Shown here: positions 42,201-52,500 of the stretch, in pieces
How positions within the stretch are numbered: the stretch's first letter is position 1
How the letters are laid out: every line of letters begins with the position of its first letter
From: Roseibacillus sp.
GTDB taxonomy: Bacteria > Verrucomicrobiota > Verrucomicrobiia > Verrucomicrobiales > Akkermansiaceae
NCBI GenBank assembly: GCA_965242925.1
Contig: CBDEUM010000039.1
Location: 96,001 to 160,000 of the forward strand
Length of the DNA stretch: 64,000 bases
Reading direction: 5' to 3'
The notes under the pieces: generated by a model
Databases searched by the model: none
What the model was told of the DNA's origin: nothing
The model's input: the letters and a program-made list of their open reading frames with translations, nothing else
Position numbers and translations under genes: made by a program

Positions 42201-44189
42201 CGCGCCCTCTTCAACGACGGCGCCATGACCCCGCAGAAGTGCCTCGATCGCTACGCCGAGATCTGCCAGGACCACCAGAGCATCCTCATCCCCGAGCTCG
42301 CCCGCTGGGGCGATCAACACGGCACCCAGCGCACCATTCAGCACTGGATCAACGAGTACAACCACATTCGCGACGACTGGCTCGCCACCCGCACCCCGGA
42401 GTTCGTGAGCGTCCTGCAGGGCGCCAACCTCTACCCGCAGCTCGGTGCAGTAACCTACAGCCAACATGGAGGCAACACCCCTGCCGGAGGCGTCACCATG
42501 TTCACCGACGCCGATACCATCTATTATACCCTGGACGGCACCGACCCACGCCTCATCGGTGGAGGCATCCGGCCCGGGACTCTCAACGCCACCTTCGGCG
42601 GCGGAGGCCCGACTTCGCAGACCTTCATGACCACCGGTCATTCCTGGAAGTACTGGGACCAGGGCACAGACCCCGGTGCCGGTTGGAAACTGGTCGGATT
42701 CAATGACAACGCCTGGCCAAGCGGTCCCTCCCAGCTCGGTTATGGCAGCAACGATGAAGGCTCCGGCACCACCGTAAGCTTCGGCCCCAATTCGGGTGCC
42801 AAGTATGCTGCCACCTACTTCCGTACCACCGTTAATATCCCCGACCCATCGGTCTACGACCACTTTCTCCTGCGCGTGAAGTACGACGATGCCTGCGGAC
42901 TCTACGTCAATGGCACCCCGGTCGTGCTCACCTCCAACCTGCCCAACGGCGCGAACTCCGCCTTCAATCAGTATGCCAATCGCACTGTTTCAAATGAAGA
43001 CGCCTGGAAGGACTTTACCGTTCCCACCAGTGACTTCGTGGCTGGCACCAACACCCTCGCCGTGCAGATCCACCAGGCAAGCGGAGGCAGTTCCGACATC
43101 CGCCTCGATGTGACCCTGCGCGGGGAGATCACACCGGTGGGTGGCGGCAGCAACGAAAGCGATCCCATCTTCTTCTCCGACCACACTGTGCTTACCGCCC
43201 GCTCCTACGACTCCGGCTCGGGCGAATGGAGCGCCCTCAACCAGGCCCTCTTCACCGTCGATGTCATCCCGGCTGACAGCAGTTCCCTCGTCATCTCGGA
43301 GATCAACTACCATCCCTACCAACCGATCGCGCCAGGGGAAGTCGCCATCTCGACAGACCGCGACGACTACGAGTTCATCGAGTTCCTCAACGTAAGCGGC
43401 TCTACTCTCGACCTGACCGGTGTCCGTTTCGATGCCGGAATCACCTTCACCTTTGCCGACAACACCTTCCTTCCCTCCGGCCAGCGCCTCCTGATCGTAC
43501 GTGACCTGGCCGCCTTCCTCGAGCGCTACCCCGGTGCAGACTCCGCGAATATTGGTGGCGTCTATTCCGGCCGGCTCAGCAATGACGGCGAACACATCCT
43601 CCTCACCGGTCCGGGTGGAACGATCCACGACTTCACCTACAACGACCAACTCCCCTGGTCCACTGCCGCCGACGGGGCCGGCCCCAGCCTGGTCCTGGTC
43701 AATCCCTCTGGAGATCCGGACCACGACCAGGCTGCCAGCTGGACTGCCAGCCGGAACCCGGGCGGTTCTCCCGGAACGACGGAGTCCAGCGGGGTGGACT
43801 ATGCCTCTTGGGCTGCCACCAGCAATGTTCAGGGTGGACCCAACGATGATGATGACCACGACACCATCAGCAACTTCATGGAGTTCCTCCATGGTTCGCG
43901 CCCGGATGCTGCCGGTGATGCTCAGGGACTGCAGGTCAGCGCACAGAGACTTGAGGTCAACGGTGAAGAGGGAGACTACCTCGTCATCACCTACCAGAAA
44001 AACCTCAACGCCCTGGGCACTCTCACCATCGAACTCTCCAGCGATCTCATCACCTGGAACTCCGGTTCCAACCTGACCGAACTCCTGACACAGGTCGACA
44101 ATGGAAACGGCACCGCCACCGTAACGGTACGCCTGAAGAACCCGGTGCGTAGCCCTGGCAAATCCTTCACCCGGTTACGAGGAGAGTAA
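39259..44189 (+). CDS. Large secreted multidomain protein (discoidin-like, Ig-like repeats, lamin-tail domains, Fn3-associated, CotH kinase-like), frameshift near 41612
   Basis: Signal peptide; ISEFMASN..DWIEIHN (LTD); IRYTTDGS.P; KKSFRV.F, YLNGVYWGLY..ERPD, DWPHKNY, WDAE (CotH-like); ISEINYHP..EFIEF (LTD). ORFs 39259..42228 and 41628..44189 join at a C5 run. Confidence 0.85.
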
Positions 44190-44479
44190 TCCTGCAGGTT
44201 CAAAGGATCTCCGGGAGAAAGGAGTCTGCCATTCGATGAGGCTATCTTGACCCGGAGTGAGTTTCCCTCCCGGCAGGCTGCTCCGGCAACTGCAGTGATC
44301 CTGGGGAAGGGGCCACGATTCGACTGTCCATGCCGCCGTCATCAGGCAGCGTCATGAAACAGGCCCTTGTCTTGCCATGACAGGACTGTGTGATTGAAAG
44401 AGGTTCGGATTTCTACGGTAACTTCGCGAAGCACATGAAAATTCACCCCCCCGGCCCCACATGGTCCTGAACAGCATCG

Positions 44480-45412
44480 TCACCCGGTGATCCGGGACAA
44501 CATGTCGTCAATTTCCCCTCTGACCGGCATCGCCTCCTGTGCACCCGGCCTGAGGGTGGCGAGGGCGGCAGCGGTGTTCGCCATCCTGACGGAATCCAAC
44601 AGCCCGAGACCCTCCGCATGGGCGAGAGCAAATACACCGGCAAAAGTGTCCCCGGCACCCACCGTATCGACGGGCGAGACCGAAGGAGGCTCCGCCTCCA
44701 AAGTCCGGCCCTCCGTGAGGACGCACGTGGATTGTGCCCCACGCGTCACAATGATTGCCTCACATCTTTCCTGGATGCAGGCCATCCCGTTTCCAGACCG
44801 CAACCCCTCCTCTTCCCGCTCGTTGACGATGAGAATGTCAAATGGGATGTTCCTCTCCATACTCTCCGGGTCCCACGGGGACGGATTGAAGATCACGGTC
44901 GCGCCCGCCTCCTTTGCCACTCCGGCTGCACGCGCCACGGCATCGAGGGGACACTCCAACTGCAGGAGGGTCACCGCTGAATCCCTGAAGTGACTCACAA
45001 GTCCATCCATCCTTGCCTCGGTAAGCTCGTGGTTCGCACCAGGATGCACGACAATGGTGTTCTCCCCTTCCCCGTCCACCGTGATAAAGGCCGTCCCCGT
45101 TGGTTCGGCCCCTGCCAGCACCCCGGCGTGATCGATACCCTCTCCCGCAAGATAATCGCGATAGCGCTTCCCGGGTTCATCGTTGCCTAGACACCCGATC
45201 ATCCGCACCCGGGCACCCGCCCGCGCAGCCGCCACCGCCTGATTCGCTCCCTTCCCTCCAAACGCAGTCAACGCCTGCGAGGCCGTCAGGGTTTCCCCCG
45301 GCCCCGGGAAACGGGACACCCGAAAGGTGAGGTCGACATTCAGGGAGCCCACCACCGAGATTAGGGGAGCCTCCTTCACAACCTCCTCAAAGAAGGAACC
45401 AGCCTGTCCCAC
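44480..45412 (-). CDS. rbsK: Ribokinase (PfkB family)
   Basis: VVGSLNVDL, GGKGANQAVAAARAG, NPSP, VNE.E, DTVGAGDTF. Confidence 0.85.
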   Translation of the reverse strand: MGQAGSFFEEVVKEAPLISVVGSLNVDLTFRVSRFPGPGETLTASQALTAFGGKGANQAVAAARAGARVRMIGCLGNDEPGKRYRDYLAGEGIDHAGVLAGAEPTGTAFITVDGEGENTIVVHPGANHELTEARMDGLVSHFRDSAVTLLQLECPLDAVARAAGVAKEAGATVIFNPSPWDPESMERNIPFDILIVNEREEEGLRSGNGMACIQERCEAIIVTRGAQSTCVLTEGRTLEAEPPSVSPVDTVGAGDTFAGVFALAHAEGLGLLDSVRMANTAAALATLRPGAQEAMPVRGEIDDMLSRITG

Positions 45413-45431
45413 CGGAATACGTCCCCTTGCC

Positions 45432-45971
45432 TCACTTCCTGCTCAACTGCCCCAGGGCGTGAGTGATGGCAACCTTGGCGTGCCCCTGCGCGTCCTTGCG
45501 AGCTCCTTCCAGGATCTTCTCCGTAGCACTGCCCATTGAAACCATCACCGCCGTCACCGCATCAAGGACCAGCGGATCATCGTCTTTCAAAAGGGGCGCC
45601 AGCCTTGGTGCGAGAGACGCCCCGGCAACGTAGCGCAGCTGTTGCAGCAGAAAACTTCGCACCGTGCCCGGACGATCACCCAGGGCAACCGACGCGTAGA
45701 TCTCCGTCAGGATCTTCCGGTCATTCGCACGGGCGGGAACGCTGCAGTGCGTGGCCAGTTGGTGCAGCAGCAGGCGCTCCTGCCAGTCCTCCCCGCTGTC
45801 CACCTCCTTCAGGCCGTCAATAAGTTCCCTGACCGCATTCATTCCCTCCTTCAGAATGTCAGCTACCAGCCTGTCACCCTCCTCCTTCTTGATTCCTCCC
45901 CACCTGCTGTTTCTCAGAGCCGGCAAGCGCTCCACGAAAACGCTCCGTTTGATCTTGGTTTCTTCTGCCAT
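45432..45971 (-). CDS. Hypothetical HEAT-repeat-like helical protein
   Basis: Helical, LLQQLRYV..LAPLLKDDD; follows the oxidoreductase on the same strand. Start at MAEETK. Confidence 0.6.
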   Translation of the reverse strand: MAEETKIKRSVFVERLPALRNSRWGGIKKEEGDRLVADILKEGMNAVRELIDGLKEVDSGEDWQERLLLHQLATHCSVPARANDRKILTEIYASVALGDRPGTVRSFLLQQLRYVAGASLAPRLAPLLKDDDPLVLDAVTAVMVSMGSATEKILEGARKDAQGHAKVAITHALGQLSRK

Positions 45972-46011
45972 TGTTCCAATTCGTTGCTGACTTAAATCCA
46001 GGATCCCAATC

Positions 46012-47241
46012 CTACAGATGCCAGGGGGCCCGCATCGGCTGGTCGATAAGGCGGTTTGCCTCCTCGTCACCGATCGCACGCTCGGTCCTGGGATCGAACT
46101 TGATTGACCGCCCCGTCCGGAAGGCGACGTTGGCGAGATGCATGAGACTCACGGTGCGGTGAGCCACCTCGGGATGTCCCCCGGCAAGCACCCGCGTCTT
46201 CACCGCCTCCCCGAACCCGACCAGGGGTTCCTCATCGGGAATCGCGTCAAACGCACGGCGCTCCTCTTCGTTGAGGTCCTCCCGGCTGATATTCTTCGCC
46301 TTCAGGCCATGCGGCTCGCCCCACTCCCCACTCTCCAGGACCAGCTCCACTCCATCCTCATACTTGAAGCGCACCCATCCCCACATCCCGGCCACCTCGG
46401 GATGCGCCGGCGGCGCATGAGCCGTGACTTCAACAGGCGAGGTCTCGTCCTTACCCATGCGATAGGTGATGGGGTCAAGGGCATGCTGTCCCATGTCCCC
46501 CAGTCCACCGCCGTCGTAGTCCCAGTACCCGCGATGCATGCCGCCGAAACGCGGCGGATGAAACGGCTTCAGGGGAGAAGGTCCGCAATACATGTTCCAG
46601 TCGAGATAATCGGGCACTGGTTGGGGTTTTATCTGCACGGGACCGGACCACTGTCTCACCTTGAATCCTCCCCGGTGGACCACCCGCACCTCCCGTCCGT
46701 TCACAAGCCCGGCCCGTACGATCTTACGCATGTCGTTCCGGCCATTGGAGGCGCCGAAGCGCCCGTAGGTCCCGACCTGGAAGATCCGCTTGGTGCGACG
46801 GGAGGCTTCCACCACCGCACGACCTTCGGCAAGGAACCGCGTCATGGGCTTCTCGCACACCACGTCCTTACCTGCCTCCATCGCCGCAATCGAAATCAAG
46901 GCATGCCAGTGGGGCGGCGTGCCGATCGCGACGACATCCACGTCGTTTCGTTCAAGGACGCGTCGGAAATCCGTGTAGCGCGTCTTGTTATCGGACTTGC
47001 CCACCCACTTCACGTCACACCGTGCAATCTCCCGGATGGCCAGCTTGTGCTTCCGGCTGAGATCCCCGAAGGTGCCCGGCCCCCGGCCCCCGGACCCGAT
47101 GAGGACCGCCCCAAAGGTCTCACTGGGCGGCGTGCGCTCCCGTCCACCCAGGACGTGGGGAGCCACGATCTGGAACAGACCGGCCCCGGCTGCCCCCTTT
47201 ACGAACGAACGCCGCTTGGTCACGACCGATCCGCCCTTCAT
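46012..47241 (-). CDS. Tat-exported Gfo/Idh/MocA oxidoreductase
   Basis: KRRSFVK, IGSGGRG, GTPPHWH, CEKP, DMGQH. Start uncertain. Confidence 0.88.
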   Translation of the reverse strand: MKGGSVVTKRRSFVKGAAGAGLFQIVAPHVLGGRERTPPSETFGAVLIGSGGRGPGTFGDLSRKHKLAIREIARCDVKWVGKSDNKTRYTDFRRVLERNDVDVVAIGTPPHWHALISIAAMEAGKDVVCEKPMTRFLAEGRAVVEASRRTKRIFQVGTYGRFGASNGRNDMRKIVRAGLVNGREVRVVHRGGFKVRQWSGPVQIKPQPVPDYLDWNMYCGPSPLKPFHPPRFGGMHRGYWDYDGGGLGDMGQHALDPITYRMGKDETSPVEVTAHAPPAHPEVAGMWGWVRFKYEDGVELVLESGEWGEPHGLKAKNISREDLNEEERRAFDAIPDEEPLVGFGEAVKTRVLAGGHPEVAHRTVSLMHLANVAFRTGRSIKFDPRTERAIGDEEANRLIDQPMRAPWHL

Positions 47242-47427
47242 TGTTTCTGTTTCCGAATCATTCACTTCTGCCACCGTTCCTGTTCTGCTGAGGTTCTCAA
47301 TCGATCGACCTGATACCAAGGCCCTTTTTACGCCCACTCGGACAAAAATCGATCAAAAGATCATATCTTCAGGCACAAAAATCCGCTTCCCACCTTCGCC
47401 CGGCCCTCTACACTCCCCATCCAAGTC

Positions 47428-48819
47428 ATGAAGCAATTCACTCGCCGTAAATTTGTCAAAAAAACCGGTATCACTGCCGGTTCCGTTCTCGGGTTCCCTG
47501 CCATCGTGAGCGGACAAAACCTGAACTCCAAGATTCGCGTGGCCTGTATCGGGGTCGGAGGCAAGGGCAGCAGCGACACCGACAACGCCGCCCGGGAGGG
47601 CGGGGAGATCGTGGCCCTCTGCGACATTGATCGCAACATGCTCAAACGAAAGGCCGGGAAGTTCCCCAAGGCGAAACAGTATCAGGACTTTCGGAAGCTC
47701 CTTGAGGAGATGGAGAACCAGATCGACGCTGTCACGGTCTCCACCCCGGACCACTGCCACGGCGTGGCCGCCATTACCGCCATGGCCATGGGCAAGCATG
47801 CCTACGTCCAGAAGCCGCTCGCCCAGACCGTCTGGGAGTCACGGATCATGCGCAACCTGGCCCGGGAAAAGAAACTCGCCACCCAGATGGGCAACCAGGG
47901 CAGCGCCAACGAGGGACTGCGTCGCGGAGTAGAAGTGATTCACTCTGGCGCAATTGGCAAACCACAGGAACTCCATGTCTGGACCAACCGCCCCGTCTGG
48001 CCCCAGGGCATCAATCGCCCCAAGGGCTCTGACCCGGTCCCCGGCCACCTCGACTGGGACCTCTGGCTTGGACCTGCCCTGCCGCGTCCCTACAAGGCCG
48101 GCGTTTACCACACCTTCAAGTGGCGCGGGTGGTTTGACTTCGGCACGGGTGCCCTCGGCGACATGGCATGCCACACCGTCAACATGCCCTTCCGGGCTCT
48201 CAAGCTCGGCTACCCCGACCGCATCGAATGCGAGGTGGCCTCCCGCCCCTACAAAGAAACCTTCCCGCTCAGCTCAAGGGTCCGCTTCGATTTCCCCTCC
48301 CGTGGAGACTGGCCAGCCCTCAAGTTCTGGTGGTATGACGGCAATCCCCGTGATCGCCAGGCTCCCATCCGCCCTTACAGCGATATCACTGCCAACCTGG
48401 TTGCCAACCAGGGCAACAAACTCCCCGCGAGTTGCTGTCTCATCAAGGGTTCCGAGGGTGAGATCTACTCCCCCGACGACTACGGGCAGAATGTTTTCCT
48501 CATGCGTAAGGGGGAAAAGAGCTACACCAACATCAACAACCACCCGGCCTGTAAGGATATCCCCAAGGTCATTCCCCGCTCCCCCGGTCACGTGAAGGAG
48601 TGGTTCGAGATGATGAAGGATCCCGACAAGCCCGCCTACTCGAGCTTCGAGATCGCGGCCTATCTCAACGAGGTCATCCTCCTTGGCTGCCTTGCCAACC
48701 AGATCGGGGAAGGACGCCCCATCGAATGGGACGGCCCGAACATGAAGTCCAAGGACAACGAGGAAGCCTCCAAGCTCGTCAAGCGCGACTACCGCCCGGG
48801 CTGGGAACCCAAGATCTAA
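47428..48819 (+). CDS. Tat-exported Gfo/Idh/MocA oxidoreductase
   Basis: TRRKFVK, IGVGGKG, STPDHCH, QKPL, TQMGNQG, WRGWFDFGTGALGDMACH. Confidence 0.92.
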   Translation: MKQFTRRKFVKKTGITAGSVLGFPAIVSGQNLNSKIRVACIGVGGKGSSDTDNAAREGGEIVALCDIDRNMLKRKAGKFPKAKQYQDFRKLLEEMENQIDAVTVSTPDHCHGVAAITAMAMGKHAYVQKPLAQTVWESRIMRNLAREKKLATQMGNQGSANEGLRRGVEVIHSGAIGKPQELHVWTNRPVWPQGINRPKGSDPVPGHLDWDLWLGPALPRPYKAGVYHTFKWRGWFDFGTGALGDMACHTVNMPFRALKLGYPDRIECEVASRPYKETFPLSSRVRFDFPSRGDWPALKFWWYDGNPRDRQAPIRPYSDITANLVANQGNKLPASCCLIKGSEGEIYSPDDYGQNVFLMRKGEKSYTNINNHPACKDIPKVIPRSPGHVKEWFEMMKDPDKPAYSSFEIAAYLNEVILLGCLANQIGEGRPIEWDGPNMKSKDNEEASKLVKRDYRPGWEPKI

Positions 48820-48836
48820 CTGGTTTCAGGTTCAAG

Positions 48837-48868
48837 GTTCCAAGCCGGAGTCTATCCCGGCTTGGAAC
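48837..48868. terminator. Perfect 12-bp stem-loop after the oxidoreductase stop (terminator or mRNA-stabilising hairpin)
   Basis: GTTCCAAGCCGG-agtctatc-CCGGCTTGGAAC, extendable imperfectly by TTCAAG/TTGAA. Confidence 0.55.
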
Positions 48869-48897
48869 TTGAATCCTCCCACCTGCCAATCCACAGA

Positions 48898-49386
48898 ATG
48901 AGAAACCGTATCTGTCGATCCCTTCTCCTGCTTTGCTGCCTGCTCAGCCTTCCTTCCTGCCTGAGCTACCACGCCCGCTTTGACAAGGCGGTGGCCCAGG
49001 CTGTGGCAGCTGGCAAGCCCACCGATATCACCGGGCCCTGGAAGGGGAACTGGAAGAGCAAATGGAACGGCCACGAGGGACCGCTCTGGTGCATTGTCAC
49101 TCCCACTCCTGAGAAACCAGGGACCTATGATTTCCGCTATCGTGCGGGCTGGGGGATCGTCCAGTTTGGAAACTACGTTCACACCATCCCGGCAAAAAGG
49201 GCCCCCGACGGCTCTTTCCTAGTGAAAGGCGAGATGGTCCTCCCGAAACTGGTGGGAACCCATTCTCTCGACGGCAAGCTCGATGCGGAAACCTTCGATG
49301 CCTCCTACAAATCCGACAAGGGCGACCATGGCATCATGACCCTGCGGCGTCCCGGAAAGAAGGAAAACCCTGCCCCGGAAGAGTAA
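48898..49386 (+). CDS. Hypothetical lipoprotein
   Basis: MRNRICRSLLLLCCLLSLPSC lipobox-like signal; beta-rich GPWKGNWKS. Confidence 0.7.
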   Translation: MRNRICRSLLLLCCLLSLPSCLSYHARFDKAVAQAVAAGKPTDITGPWKGNWKSKWNGHEGPLWCIVTPTPEKPGTYDFRYRAGWGIVQFGNYVHTIPAKRAPDGSFLVKGEMVLPKLVGTHSLDGKLDAETFDASYKSDKGDHGIMTLRRPGKKENPAPEE

Positions 49387-49546
49387 GGTCGCTGCTTTTC
49401 TTCCTCAAGGTTTCAAGCCCTGACGTCCTGGTTTGAGCCGGGTTACAGGCACTCCCCGCCAATTGACGTTTCAGATCGAACTCCCCTCCGGGTAATTGAA
49501 CCATGGATCCCGGGGTTGCATGACCCGGTCATGATGAGATCTGTTG

Positions 49547-52500
49547 TCATCGAAGCCGGGAGCGCAGACGGAAGTAGAGTTGGGGCGCCTGGTGAGTCGG
49601 CTGCGCTGCCCGCCACGTGACCAACGCGGTTCCGTCTCCCAGATTCACGGTGGCGACAGGAACGGCATACTCGGATCCGGAATTCCAGTTCTCCAGATCC
49701 TCCGACACTTCCACTAAATCGATCACATCGTCAGCGGCCAGGTTACGGCGATACGAAAACGTGAAGTAGTCCTCTGTCAATCCCCCCACCCCGCCCGCTT
49801 CAATTCCGCCGCTCGGACGCGCCTCATCCGGAAGGAACAGGTTTCCCAGGACATGGTCAATCAGGTCGGGAAGCCCATTGGAGTCGCGGTCGGCATTTAC
49901 GTTTCCTGCAAAGACGATCGCATCGGAGGCATCAGGGTTGCCCCCGGCTGATACGCTGGATCGCCAGTTCAGAGGATCGGCATGATCCGGATTGCCCTCG
50001 GGATGAACCAGGACGAGGGAAGGCCCGAGTCCGTCCGCCGCGGCAGGCCAGGGTGGAAGATCCCTGTAGGTGAAGCTGCGGATCGTGGTCTCATCCGTTG
50101 CCACCAGCAAAAGAGCCTCCCCGGCGTCACTCAGGTTGCCCGTGAACTCTCCGGCAATCGCTGCTGCCGGAACCGCCGGGTAGCGATGCGAGAACGCCAC
50201 CAAGTCATTGACGATTGCGATCCGCTCACCGGCCGCCAGCACGGTACCGGTCAACGATTCAGTGAAGTTGAACCTGATGCCCTCAGTAAACCGCACATTG
50301 GTCAGGTCGATCGTCCCGCTCGAAATATTCATGAGCTCCACGAACTCGAACCTGCTGCGGGCCTCGAAGCCGAGTCCCTCCTCCTCAATGGTGGGCGAAC
50401 CGGGGCGATAGTGGATCTCCGTGATCGCGAGATTCTGATCCGAGGCAGGAGGGATGACACTGGTGTTGTCGATCGTGATGGAGTCACTTCCCACCAGGTT
50501 TCCTGAGAAATCGAGCGCGTCGAGGGTGTAGATGTGCCGTCCCGGCAGGAGAGGAAGAGCCACCTCCCAGGAATCGGTGTCCGACCACGACAAGGAGAGC
50601 GGAGAGCTCCCGCCATGCACCCGGATTTCCCGGACATTCACCCAGCCGGACCCCGTCACCGACGCACTGCCGGCATCCACCGTAAGCGGACTGTCGGTCG
50701 TGACGGAGAACTCCACCGGGCCAATTCCGCTGCTGATCTGGGACAGGATATTGTTGGAACGGTTCGCGATGTAGTTGAGATGGCCTCTCCAGTTCTGGCT
50801 GGAATCAAAGGAAGCCAGGTGAGTGGTCCACATCGACATGTAATCGCGATTGTAGGTTGTCGATATGATGTCGTGCAGGTGACCGAGATAGATTCGCCTG
50901 CGCGCGGGATCGGCAGTGAGCCTGGAACATTCCGAGTTGGCAAAGATGCTGCGGGTTGTGCTGAACGCAAAGTCCATGTCGTGCGGCAGGAACATCACCC
51001 GCCCGTCCGGGTGCGCGTAGTACATCCCGTTGTGCTGACTGTTGGCGCCGGCATTGTCACCCGCTCCCGAGAGAACCGCGTAGGCCATGCCGCGGAGCCA
51101 GCCATCGATGTCGACTACCTCCTCCAGTCCGTTCTCGAAGGCCGTTCCGCCCTGGCTGAACTTCTTGTTATAGGCGATGATGGGACCAAAATCGTCCGCT
51201 TCTCGATTGTTCTTTTTCAGGAAGAACCAGCGGTAGTTCTCCTTGCTGTCGCCAAGGTTGCTCACGGAAACCCCGTTCACGCCATCGGGATTTGGCAGCT
51301 TGAATCCGCTCGCGTCGGCATTGTTCGGAGAGTAGATCAACTCGTATTCGTAAAGGTTTCCGTCCGCACCGTTCTCAAACTGCGACTCGAGAAAGACTTC
51401 ATCATAGCGCGCCATCTGCAGCACGGCAGACCGGGTATGCACGTCCTTCGGCGCCAGCACCCTGACGAAGTCGTAGTAGCGGCTCACCACTCCTCCGGAA
51501 TTGGCGATCATGAAATCGAACAGGATCTCGAACTGCCCCTGTCCAACCCCTTCGGAACGGTCGATCGCGACGGACCTGTGAATGCCGCGGTAGAGCTGAT
51601 CGCGACCGAAACGCATGTTGTAGCCGACGCGGTTGTCCTGGAAACGGGCCCGCTCACTGCCCTTGAGACGGAGTTTCACATCGTAGTAGATGTCCTCTTC
51701 GCGGTCGATGATGGTCGCCCCGATGCGATCATTGCTCATCACTTCGGTCCCCACATGGAGGAAATCGCGCTCCGCATTGGTGACCACGAGGCGGAAATTG
51801 TGCTGACCGTTGGTCGCGGCGAGTCCGTCATCGATCTTGTAGAGCGCGCGGGAGTCCGGACCGGCGGCAGGAAAGAACGAGGTGACGCCGAGGCCATCAA
51901 CGGCCTGCACATAGAACTGAACAACACTCCCCGCAGTCCGTCTCCGGATCGTTCCCGTGTAGAGCCCGTCCGCCCCCGCACTCATCGGCACGATCCGGTT
52001 GGCAGATCCGTTAACGGAATAAAAGAGGGTCATTCCAGCGACCGAATCCGGGTCGGTGGCCTGGGCTGTCACGGTGACCAGCTCCCCCGGGGCCGGAACG
52101 GCGGGAGAGTGCCTGAAGTTGCGGATCGAGGGTCCGATGTTGACCTCCGCCCTTGAGTTGGCGGCCGATGGCGTGCCCGCGTGCACCGGCCGATCGAGGA
52201 AGGATACCTGTGGCATGCGATTGAAATACAGGCGCGAGTGCAGCTGGTTCGAACCGCTCACCCAGCGCGCGCGGAATGAGATCTCGTAAACCTCGCCGTT
52301 GCTTACCTGGCCGAGAAGCGTCGTTTCGATCTGGTTGTGCATGTGCCCGGTTGCACCGGTCGCCACCACCCGCAGCACGTTGTTCCCTGGTTCGTCGGGG
52401 TCCTCTACAATCGTGGAGTGCCGATGTGTGCCCCGGAATCGCCAGCCGGTTGCACCACTGCTGAAATCCGTATTGCTGATCTTCGGGATCGACCGGTTCT

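Noticed and set aside
41630..42228. Thr/Ser/Pro-rich C-terminus of ORF 39259..42228 as a mucin-like tail
   Set aside because: Out-of-frame read-through after the indel at about 41612; the CotH-like sequence continues in the other frame.
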